Below, one piece after another: positions 28,677 through 38,284 of a stretch of 64,000 nucleotides of DNA. The position numbers and the translations under genes are program-made. Within the stretch, counting starts at the first letter, position 1. Each line of letters opens with the position of its first letter. This DNA is from an uncultured Acidobacteriota bacterium (lineage in GTDB: Bacteria; Acidobacteriota; JAQAZP01). The notes under the pieces were generated by a model, which had not been told where the DNA came from, did not search any database, and saw nothing but the letters and a program-made list of their open reading frames with translations. The stretch covers positions 192,001 to 256,000 of the forward strand of contig CAWIIB010000009.1 in the NCBI GenBank assembly GCA_963836075.1. The letters are read 5' to 3'.

Positions 28677-31600
28677 ATGATCACGAAAAGATTCGCATTA
28701 CTTATGATGATTCTCATCCTGGCGCTGGCGCCCACCGTCGCCCCGGCCCAGCAGACCTTCACCGAGGACTTCAGCACCACGACCTACATGGATGCGTTCA
28801 ACACCACCGCCGACTGGAACACCACAGACGGCGAGCTGAAGCTCTTTCCGTTCGTAATCACCCTCGCCGGGTCTTATGACACTGCCGGTGAAGCCTGGGA
28901 CATGGTGCTGTCGGGCAATCACGCTTTTGTGGCCGATTACTCATCCGGTCTTCAGATTGTGGACATCAGCGATCTGGCCAATCCCGTCCTTGCCGGCAAC
29001 TACGACACATCAGGCCAGGTGAGAGGCCTAGCCGTTTCAGGGGACCATGCCTTCCTGGCCGACGGGTCCCCAGGCCTGCTGGTAGTCGACATCAGCGATC
29101 CGACGAATCCCACCCTGGCCGGAAGCTACAACACAGCGGACAACGCCTTTGATGTCGTGGTGTCCGGTGACCACGCCTTCGTGGCTGATCGTCTATCCGG
29201 TCTGCAGATTATCGATATCAGTGATCCAACGACCCCCTCGCTTATTGGCAGCTATGACACATCCGGCTCTGCCTATGGAGTGGCCGTTTCCGGTGACCTC
29301 GCCTTTGTGGCTGACATGTCATCTGGTCTGCAGGTGATCGACGTCAGCGATCCCACCACCCCCGTGCTGGCCGGCAGCTATACCACACCATCGTTGGCCC
29401 GGGATGTGGAGGTCTCCGGAAATTATGCCTACGTTGCCGATGGGGCCTCCGGCCTGCAGGTAGTCGATATCAGCGATCCGGCTAATCCCGTGCTTGCCGG
29501 TAGCGGTGACACGCCAGACAATGCCCAGGATCTGGTGATATCTGGTGATCGCGCATTCGTGGCCGATGGAGATACAGGCCTGCTGATATTCGATATCACC
29601 GATCCCACCAGCCCCTCACTTGCCACTGAATACGACACTTCAGGCAGCGCCTCTGGCGTGGCGGTGGCGGGCAACCATGCCTTTGTGGCGGACGGAAATA
29701 CCGGCCTCCAGGTGATCAGGATCAGCCAACCCACGAGCCCCATGCTCGCCGGCAGCTATGAAACGCCAGACCTTGCCTTAGGCGTGGCGGTATCGGGCGA
29801 TCACGCTTTCGTGGCCGACCAGATCTCCGGCCTGCAGGTAATTGACATCAGCAATCCCACCATCCCCACCATCACCGGCAGCTACGACACTCCAGGCTAT
29901 GCACATAGCGTGGCGGTGTCGGGTGACCACGCCTTCGTGGCGGACAATAATTCCGTGCAGGTGATTGACATCAGTGATCCTACCATCCCCGTGCTCGCCG
30001 GCAGCTACGACACACCGAGCACAGTCCGTGGCGTGGCGGTGGCGGGCGATCACGCCTTTGTGACAAGCTACTATTCCGGCCTGCAGGTGATCGACATCAG
30101 CGACCCGACGAACCCCACGCTGTCCGGCAGCTATGCCACATCAAGCTTTGCACGTAACCTGGCGGTGTCGGGTAATCACGCCTTCGTGGGAGACGCCTAT
30201 TCCGGCCTCCAGGTGATCAACATCAGCGATCCGACAAACCCCACACTGGCCGGCAGCTATGACACACCGAGCGATGCAAGAGGCGTGGCGGTGGCGGGCG
30301 ATTACGCCTTCGTTACTGACATAGACTCCGGCCTGTTGGTGATCGACATCAGCGATCCTACCAACCCCGTGCTGGCCGGCAGCTATGATACACCGGGCTC
30401 CTCAGCATATGGCGTGACGGTATCGGGCGATCACGCGTTTGTGGTGGACTTCATTTCCGGCTTGCAGGTGATCGACATCAGTGATCCCGCGAACCCTACA
30501 CTGGCCGGCACCCTTGACATGTCAGACGGTGCCAGGAGCGTGGCGGTGTCTGGCGACCACGCCTTCGTGGCGGGCTACAATTTCGGCCTTCAGGTGATAC
30601 AGGTAAGGCAAAGCGAGGTCGATCAATCGCAGAACATTGGTCAGTCACTGGCGATGGACGGGACGTCGGACGCCATCATTCGCGCTCGCCTCACCAGCAC
30701 GGAGACCGGCGGGTTGGGCTGGGATCTGAGCGCTGACGCGGGGACAGACTGGACGGCCGTCACCTCAGACGGTTCCTGGACCCGGGTCGCGCCCACCGGG
30801 ACGGATCTCCACTGGCGCTCGACGCACACCTTTGCCGGGCCTGGCATAAACCCCACGGTCTCGGAATTGACTATCGACTGGCTCAATGAGTTCGGGCCAA
30901 TCAATTCGGTCACCGATGTGCCTGACGATCAAGGGGGTTGGGTGCGCATCGACTTCACCCGCTCCGGCTACGACTTCGCCGACGAGGCCAGCCTGCCGGT
31001 GGTCGGCTACAACATCTACCGCCGTGTTGATGGAGCTGCGCTGACAACCCTGATCGGGGATGCCGAGTCTCTTGAAGCGGATACAGGGTCAATGCACACA
31101 GCGGGCAAAAGCCTCCCCTATCCCCTGCCGGGCATGAAGATCACTCGCCTCGGGGACCGGATCTTCGTCAACGCGTCGGGGGCCACAACCGACCGGGCAG
31201 GCACGTTTCCACCCGGCACCTGGGAGATCATGACCTACGTGGCGGCGACCCAGTCGGACACCTACCAGGTGAGCGTACCCACCCTCGCCGGCACTACCAC
31301 CTACCTGGTGACCACCCACACCACCACACCCTCGGAATGGTTCGTCAGCCCCACCGCCAGCGGCGCCTCGGTGGACAACATCGCCCCGGCGGTGCCGATG
31401 AACCTCCTCTTCAGCGGACCTGACGTTTTGAGTTGGGACGAAGCGCCCGAACCGGACTTCGGCTACCACACGGTCTATGGCTCGGAGAACCCGGTCTTTG
31501 ATCCGTCGGCAACCCTGATCGGCTACACCATCGCCCAGACCTATGACGTGTCGGGGTCGGTCGCCAGCTATTACCACCTGACCACCTCGGACCATTCGGA

Positions 31601-32009
31601 CAATGAGAGCGGTGCGGCGAGCATCATCGCCGGTCCGTCTTCGACGGTTGCCACCACACTCTCCTGTCTGCCCTCTTCAGGCACGCTGCCCTTCACCACC
31701 ACGATCTCGGCGGAACTGATCAATCTCTATACCGGCCAGACACGCCGGTTGGCCGCACGGTTTGACGTGACCCTGGCCGGGGGCGGGTTCTTCGGCAACT
31801 GGCGGGCCGGCTACACCAACGTGGCCGCCGGGAGCAGCTACAGCACCTCGTGGAACCAGGCTATCCCGGCGCTGGGCGCACTGGTGGGCAGCAACCTCTT
31901 CACCCTCCGGGCGACGGACGTGACCCCAGCGCCGTACAACCAGCCGCCCTACCCCGCGGCCGGCGACACCGACACGGCACAGTGCACGGTGGTGGGGAAT
32001 GCGCCATAA
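28677..32009 (+). CDS. Secreted LVIVD-repeat protein (14 repeats) with C-terminal NQPP domain
   Basis: Signal peptide; 14 x ~42-aa HAFVAD..GLQVIDISDPTNPxLAGSYDT repeats; DVPDDQGGWV domain; FN3-like segment; shared C-terminal domain. Confidence 0.9.
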   Translation: MITKRFALLMMILILALAPTVAPAQQTFTEDFSTTTYMDAFNTTADWNTTDGELKLFPFVITLAGSYDTAGEAWDMVLSGNHAFVADYSSGLQIVDISDLANPVLAGNYDTSGQVRGLAVSGDHAFLADGSPGLLVVDISDPTNPTLAGSYNTADNAFDVVVSGDHAFVADRLSGLQIIDISDPTTPSLIGSYDTSGSAYGVAVSGDLAFVADMSSGLQVIDVSDPTTPVLAGSYTTPSLARDVEVSGNYAYVADGASGLQVVDISDPANPVLAGSGDTPDNAQDLVISGDRAFVADGDTGLLIFDITDPTSPSLATEYDTSGSASGVAVAGNHAFVADGNTGLQVIRISQPTSPMLAGSYETPDLALGVAVSGDHAFVADQISGLQVIDISNPTIPTITGSYDTPGYAHSVAVSGDHAFVADNNSVQVIDISDPTIPVLAGSYDTPSTVRGVAVAGDHAFVTSYYSGLQVIDISDPTNPTLSGSYATSSFARNLAVSGNHAFVGDAYSGLQVINISDPTNPTLAGSYDTPSDARGVAVAGDYAFVTDIDSGLLVIDISDPTNPVLAGSYDTPGSSAYGVTVSGDHAFVVDFISGLQVIDISDPANPTLAGTLDMSDGARSVAVSGDHAFVAGYNFGLQVIQVRQSEVDQSQNIGQSLAMDGTSDAIIRARLTSTETGGLGWDLSADAGTDWTAVTSDGSWTRVAPTGTDLHWRSTHTFAGPGINPTVSELTIDWLNEFGPINSVTDVPDDQGGWVRIDFTRSGYDFADEASLPVVGYNIYRRVDGAALTTLIGDAESLEADTGSMHTAGKSLPYPLPGMKITRLGDRIFVNASGATTDRAGTFPPGTWEIMTYVAATQSDTYQVSVPTLAGTTTYLVTTHTTTPSEWFVSPTASGASVDNIAPAVPMNLLFSGPDVLSWDEAPEPDFGYHTVYGSENPVFDPSATLIGYTIAQTYDVSGSVASYYHLTTSDHSDNESGAASIIAGPSSTVATTLSCLPSSGTLPFTTTISAELINLYTGQTRRLAARFDVTLAGGGFFGNWRAGYTNVAAGSSYSTSWNQAIPALGALVGSNLFTLRATDVTPAPYNQPPYPAAGDTDTAQCTVVGNAP

Positions 32010-32061
32010 AGTGTTGAGGTAAACCGCAGCGCCCCCGCCGGGGCTGGTAAGGAGAGGATCG

Positions 32062-35000
32062 ATGATCATGAAAAATCTCGCACTGGCAATGATGCTCTTC
32101 ATCCAGGCACTGGCGCCCACCATCGCCCCGGCCCAGCAGACCTTCACCGAGGACTTCAGCACCACGACCTACATGGACGCGGTCAACACCACCGCTGACT
32201 GGAACACCACAGACGGCGAGTTGAAACTCCACCCGTTCGTCCTCACCCTCGCCGGATCCTATGAAGGTTCAGTTGAAGTTTGGGACGTGGCGGTGTCCGG
32301 CGACCACGCTTTCATGGCCGATGATTCAGACGGCCTGCAGATCATTGACATCAGCGATCCCACAAACCCGGTACTGACCGGCAGCTATGTCACAGCAAGT
32401 GCCAGAGGCGTGGCGGTGTCGGGTGATCACGCTTTCGTGGCGGCAGGGTCCTCCGGTGGCCTACAAATCATTGACATCACTGATCCCTCGAGCCCAGTGC
32501 TGGCAGGCAGCTTCGACACGCCGGACTATGCCTGGGGTGTGGCTGTGTCTGGTGATCATGCTTTCGTGGCCGACGGAGCCACCGGTCTGCTGGTTGTGGA
32601 CATCAGCGATCCGACGAACCCTGCACTGGCCGGCACATACAACACATTTGACTATGTCAGACGTGTGGAGGTCTCCGGCGATCACGCATTCGTACCCGAC
32701 GGGAATTCCGGTCTGCTGGTGATCGATATCAGCAATCCGGCAAACCCGGCGCTGGCCGGCAGCTATGACACTCCAGGCAGTGCCCGGGGTGTGGCGATAT
32801 CCGGCGATCACGCCTTTGTGGCAGACTATTCAGCCGGCCTGCAGGTAGTCGATATCAGCGATCCCACAACCCCCATTATTGCCGGAAACTATGACACCTC
32901 AGGATATTCCTACGACGTGGTGGTGTCCGGTGATCGTGCGTTCGTGGCCGACTGGTCCTCCGGCCTCCAGGTAATTGATATCAGCGATCCCACAAATCCA
33001 GTACTCAGCGACAGCTACGACACGCCGGGCAATGCCGCAGCCCTGGTGGTGTCGGGTGACCACGCTTTCACTGCGGATCTGCAATACGGATTGCAGGTGA
33101 TCGAGATCAGCCAGGCCGTGAACCCCGCACTCGCCGGCAGCTGCGATACGCTGGGCTTTGCCCGTGGTGTGGCAGTGGCGGGTGATCACGCCTTCGTGGC
33201 GGACGATTTGTACGGCCTGATGGTGATCGACATCAGCGATCCCGGGAACCCCGAAATTGTCGGCTACTGCGACACACCAGACGATGCCGCTGGCGTGACG
33301 GTAGCGGGCAACCACGCCTTCGTGGCGGACGACCTGAGCGGTCTGCAGGTGATCGACATCAGTGATCCCACCAGCCCAGTGCTCTCCGGCAGCTGCGACA
33401 CACCAGGCGTTGCCGTGGGGGTGGCTGTATCGGGCGACAATGCTTTTGTGGCTGACTACTTATCCGGACTGCAGGTAGTCGACATCAGCGATCCCGCGAA
33501 CGCCTCACTGGTCGGCAACTACGACACCCCAGGCGCGGCCTATGACGTAACCGTGTCTGGCGACCACGCCTTCGTGGCAGATCTGACAGGCGGCCTGCAG
33601 GTGATCGATATCAGCGATCCCACAAACCCCGTACTCGCCGGCAGCTGTGACACACCAAACAGTGCCCGAGGCGTTGCGGTGGCGGGCGACCACGCCTTCG
33701 TGGCAGACCTGACATCCGGCCTGCAGGTGATCGACATCAGTGATCCCGCGAACCCCACGCTCGTCGGCAGCTTCGCCACACCAGACGATGCCGGCGGTGT
33801 GGCGGTAGCGGGCGACCTCGCATTCGTGGCGGCGTGGCAAAGCGGCCTGCTTATGATCGATATCAGCGATCCTACGAACCCCATGCTCACCGGCAGTTAC
33901 GATACGTCAGGCCAAGCCGAAGGCGTGACGGTGTCAGGCAATCACGCCTTCGTGACCGATGGGTATTCCGGCCTGCAGGTGATCCAGGTGAGCCAAAGCG
34001 AGGTCGATGCTTCGCAAAACATCGGTCAGTCATTGGCGGTCGATGGAAATACGGAAATGATCCCCCGCACCCGCCTCTCCACCAACTTTGGAGTCACAGG
34101 TGTGGGTTGGGAACTCAGCGCCGATGAGGGGGCGAACTGGACAGCGATCACGTCAGACGACTCCTGGACACGGATCGCGACTCCCGGGGATGACCTCCGG
34201 TGGCGCTCAACCCACACCTGGTTACCGGGCGTCAATCCCACGGTCTCGTATCTGAGGATTAACTGGCTAAACGAGTTCGGGCCGATCAACGGGATCACCG
34301 ACGTACCTGACGATCAGGGTGGCTGGGTGCGTATCTACTTCACCCGCTCGGGCTATGACTTCGCCGACGAGCCCAGCCTGCCCGTGACCGGCTACTACGT
34401 TTGTCGACTCGTTGATTCTCCCGTGCTCACGACCCTGATCGGGGATGCCGAAGCACATGCTGCAATCGCATCTCCGAAACTGTCCTCCGGAGAGGACCTG
34501 TTCCCCTGGCCCCTGCCAGAAATGAATGCCACTCGAATCGAGGACCGGTTCTTCGTACGGGCGCCGGCTTCCGCAACTGATCGAGCCGGCACGTTCCCGC
34601 CTGGCACCTGGGAGGTGGTGGCCTCCGTGCCGGCATACCAGTTGGACAACTATCTGGTAAATGCACCCACGCTGGCCGGCACCACCACATTCCTGGTGAC
34701 CACCCACACCACCACGCCTTCGGAATGGTTCGTCAGCCCCACGGCCACCGGCGAATCGATCGACAACCTCGCCCCGGGGGTGCCGACGAATCTGCTCTTC
34801 AGCGGGCCTGAGCGAACTGAGTCTGGGACGAGGCTCCCGAACCGGATTTCGCCTACCACACAGTGTACGGCTCGGAGAACCCGGTCTTTGACCAGTCAGC
34901 AGTCCTGATCGGCTACACCATTGGCCAGACATACGATGTCTCAGGATCGCCCTCCAGTTACTACCACCTGACAACCTCGGACCATTCGGACAACGAGAGC

Positions 35001-35396
35001 GGTGCGGCGAGCGTCGCCGGCTCTTCGTCGACGGTTTCTGCCACGCTGTCCTGTCTGCCCTCATCGGGCACTCTGCCCTTCACCACCACGATCTCGGCGG
35101 AGCTGATCAACCTTTATACCGGCCAGACCCGCCGGCTTGCCGCACGGTTCGACGTATCCCTGGCCGGGGGCGGGTATTTCAGCAACTGGCGGGCCGGATA
35201 CACCAACGTGGCCGCCGGGAGCAGCTACAGCACCTCGTGGAACCAGGCCATCCCGGCGCTGGGTGCGCTGGTGGGCAGCAACCTTTTCACCCTCCGGGCG
35301 ACGGACGTCACCCCGGCGCCGTACAACCAGCCGCCCTATCCCCCGGCCGGCGACTCTGACACGGCACAGTGCACTGTGGTGGGGAACGTGCCATGA
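32062..35396 (+). CDS. Tandem paralog: LVIVD-repeat protein with C-terminal NQPP domain; frameshift near 34815
   Basis: Same architecture as 28677-32009; ORF 34863-35396 is its colinear C-terminus. Confidence 0.88.
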
Positions 35397-35433
35397 GGAT
35401 CGTTCTGGAACCGGGGAGGAGGGGCTGGGCGTT

Positions 35434-36673
35434 TCAGAACTCCTGCCAGGAGATGGCGGTCACGTTGGGTGTCAGTTGCTGTCTTCTCGGACACCGGCAG
35501 ATCAGGTAGCCCCGCGTTGCCAGACCCTGGTGAAGTTCAAGGAATTTTTCAATGTGCCGCGCATCCCGCGGTGCAGGACTTTCGGTCCATTTGACCTCCA
35601 CGGGAATGGCCTCATCCGGAGTTTCAATGATCCCATCGACTTCGGCGCCGGTCATTGTTCTCCAGGTGGACAGCCGATACCCTCGCCCCAGGTACCGGCA
35701 CCGATAGGTACAGTTCCGTCAGGACCCATTGCTCGAAGATGTGACCGGCGTCGAGCCGGAGCAACGAATCATTGAGCGGGAGATCGGCCAGAATGTGACG
35801 TACGCCAGGGTCGAACACCAGGAAACGGGGGCCCTGCAGGATTTTTTTTCGGCTTCTGCCAAACGGTGGAATTCGAAGACCCACATAGGTGTCCTCGAGA
35901 ACCTGGTAAAAGTTACGCAAGGTGTTGACCGCCACTCCAACCTGACCGGCCAGCTTCGTAAAATTCACGAACTGACCGGATTCAAGAGCAGCGAGGCGCA
36001 GAAACCTGACAAAGGCACCCATGTCCCCGACCAGGTGCTCCTGCCGGATTTCGTTTTCAATATAGAGTTCAACATATGCCGACAACGTCTCGGCCCACGT
36101 GTCCCTCGATTCCTGGTACAGTCCGGGGAGGCTGCCGAAAATCAGGTGTTCCTCGAGAGGACGACAGGGAAAGCGGTTCTCCAGTTTCGGGGAAAGCGGC
36201 AGAATCTCACACGGGCGATGCTCGGCCTGGAGTATCGGCGAGAGTAGCAGGGAATGAGCCTGGCCGGGCAGCAGATTCACCGACCGGTGCCTCAGCTTTC
36301 GGGCAGAACTGCCGGTGAGGAAAAAGCGGTATCGTCGTGGGTTCTGGTCGTGAAGCAGTTGCACATCATCGAGCAGCCCGGGCACCTTCTGGATCTCATC
36401 AATGAAAACCGTGTCCGTCTCTTCCGCCGCGGCGAGTTCGCGGACCAGCAGACCTTCGTCCGATTCATAGCGGCGTCTCACCTGGCGATCCTGGAGATTC
36501 AGTACAAAAGTCCGACTTCCCCCCGGCAGGCAGTGGGCGAGAAGGGTTGACTTTCCTGTCTGCCTCGCCCCGAACACCAGTTTGACTTTCGGCCTTTCAC
36601 CCGCTTTCGTGCCATGGCTCGGAGGGGGCGTTAACCGTGTCTCCAGAAATCGGGAATAGTATAGATCCTTCAT
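35434..36673 (-). CDS. AAA+ ATPase with DUF4143 and C-terminal PD-(D/E)xK domain; frameshift near 35705
   Basis: GARQTGKS, FIDEIQK, LTGSSARKL, GHIFEQWV, AEVDGII..VEVK. Confidence 0.85.
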
Positions 36674-36785
36674 ATCGATCATCATGTTGCATATATTACC
36701 GTTAATTATGCATCGCATGTAGCAATTTTCAAGAGGCAATGACTCTGGCACGATCTGGTCACCGATCACAGGTACTGGATCTATC

Positions 36786-37793
36786 TCAGAAATGCGTGAA
36801 CCCGGCGGGGTCGGTCTCGATCCACTCATCGCCGCGGCGGATCCGGATCCCGGGGCCGGCGGTGATCTCGCCGATGGTGTGCAGTTCGATTCCCAGTTCA
36901 TCGCGGCTGGCCGTCCGGGCCGGCTGCTCCAGCTCGGGCGGGACGCAGAAGAGCAGCACGTAATCCTCACCGCCCCTGAGCGCCCACTCCAGCGGATCGG
37001 CGCCGGCTGATTCCGCCGCCCGGCTCAGCGCGCCGGAGAGCGGCAGCAGACTGCTGTCGATGTCGGCCCCCGCCCCGCTCTCCCGGCAGATGTGGCCCAG
37101 GTCCTGGAGCAGGCCGTCACTGACGTCGATCATCGCCCGGGCCATCCCCTCCCGGGCCAGCAGGCGGCCCAGTTCCACCTGGGGCCGCGGCTCGAGGTGC
37201 GCCCGCAGCAGCTGTTCACGATCGGCGGTGTCGATCCCGCCGATGGCGCCGCCCAGCAACTGGAGGCCGGCGGCGCTCTCCCCTACCGGGCCAGCCAGCA
37301 TCACCCGGTGCCCCGGCCGGGCACCGCTCCGTTTCACCACCTGGCCGGACGGGGCCCGGCCGAGGAGGGTGAGGCTGAACACCAGGTCGTTGGGGGTGCG
37401 GATGGTGTCACCGCCGAGCAGGTCCACCCGGTATTCTGCTGCGCAGGCCAGCAGGCCGTCGCGGAACTGGAGGAGGAACTTTTCCTGCAGGTCGGGGGTC
37501 AGCCCGAGGGCCAGGAAGGCCGCCGCCGGTTCGCCGCCCATGGCGGCGATGTCCGAAACGTTCACCGCCAGGCTCTTCCAGCCCAGCTTCCAGGGCGAGG
37601 CGCCGGAGCGGAGGAAGTGCACGCCCTCGGCCAGCATGTCGGTGGTCACCAGCAGGCTCGTCCCGCCGCCGGTGTCGAGCACCGCGCAGTCGTCGCCGAT
37701 CCCCTCCGTGACCCAGGCGCGGCTGGCGCCGGCCTTCTCCCGGAAAAGGTCGATGATCCCGAATTCACCGCGCTGTCCAAGACTGTCGTCCAT
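36786..37793 (-). CDS. thiL: Thiamine-monophosphate kinase
   Basis: GEFGII, GIGDDCA, TDMLAEGVHF, NVSDIAAMGG, GGDT, IDVSDGL, GGEDY and GFTHF motifs. Confidence 0.96.
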   Translation of the reverse strand: MDDSLGQRGEFGIIDLFREKAGASRAWVTEGIGDDCAVLDTGGGTSLLVTTDMLAEGVHFLRSGASPWKLGWKSLAVNVSDIAAMGGEPAAAFLALGLTPDLQEKFLLQFRDGLLACAAEYRVDLLGGDTIRTPNDLVFSLTLLGRAPSGQVVKRSGARPGHRVMLAGPVGESAAGLQLLGGAIGGIDTADREQLLRAHLEPRPQVELGRLLAREGMARAMIDVSDGLLQDLGHICRESGAGADIDSSLLPLSGALSRAAESAGADPLEWALRGGEDYVLLFCVPPELEQPARTASRDELGIELHTIGEITAGPGIRIRRGDEWIETDPAGFTHF

Positions 37794-37997
37794 CTACCAT
37801 CTCCTGATCCCGAACAGTCTACCTCTCCCGCCCCGCCGATTCCAGGAAGTTGACGATGGGCGATGCAGGGGTCAAAATCTATCCGGGTGATGCGATGGTC
37901 GGGCCCGACGCCCGGCGTTCATGGCCCGGATTCGGCGAATCCGTTACCTCAAACTGCGCACCGCTTCATCGCGGGTTGCAATCGCGGCAGGCACGAC

Positions 37998-38273
37998 ATG
38001 ATCTACTATTTCATGAAGGGCGTGGGGATACTGGGAATCGTGCTCTTTGGCAGCCGGTTCTTCGTGCAGTGGGTGGTCAGCGAACGGGCCGGCAAGAGTG
38101 TGATGCCAAAACTCTTCTGGTATCTCAGTATTCTGGGGTCGCTGCTCCTGCTGGCCTATTCCATCTATATCAGAGATGGCATCTTCATCACCGGGCAATC
38201 CTTCGGCGTCCTGATCTATTCCCGCAACCTCTGGTTGATCAGGCGGGAAAAACTGAAAACCGCGTCGGCCTGA
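37998..38273 (+). CDS. Lipid-A-disaccharide synthase N-terminal domain (LAB_N) membrane protein
   Basis: RFFVQWVVSERAGKSVMPKLFWYLS..GQSFGVLIYSRNL signature. Confidence 0.85.
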   Translation: MIYYFMKGVGILGIVLFGSRFFVQWVVSERAGKSVMPKLFWYLSILGSLLLLAYSIYIRDGIFITGQSFGVLIYSRNLWLIRREKLKTASA

Positions 38274-38284
38274 TCCGAACCGGT

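Noticed and set aside
31640-32009. NQPP domain as a standard T9SS CTD, PEP-CTERM or autotransporter barrel
   Set aside because: It lacks the YPNP..GxY..K pattern, a TM plus basic tail, and the length or terminal aromatic residue of a barrel; remote structural similarity cannot be excluded without a search
28860-34000. CRISPR array or non-coding tandem repeat
   Set aside because: The ~126-bp periodicity is in-frame LVIVD coding repeats; there are no identical repeats with unique spacers and no cas genes
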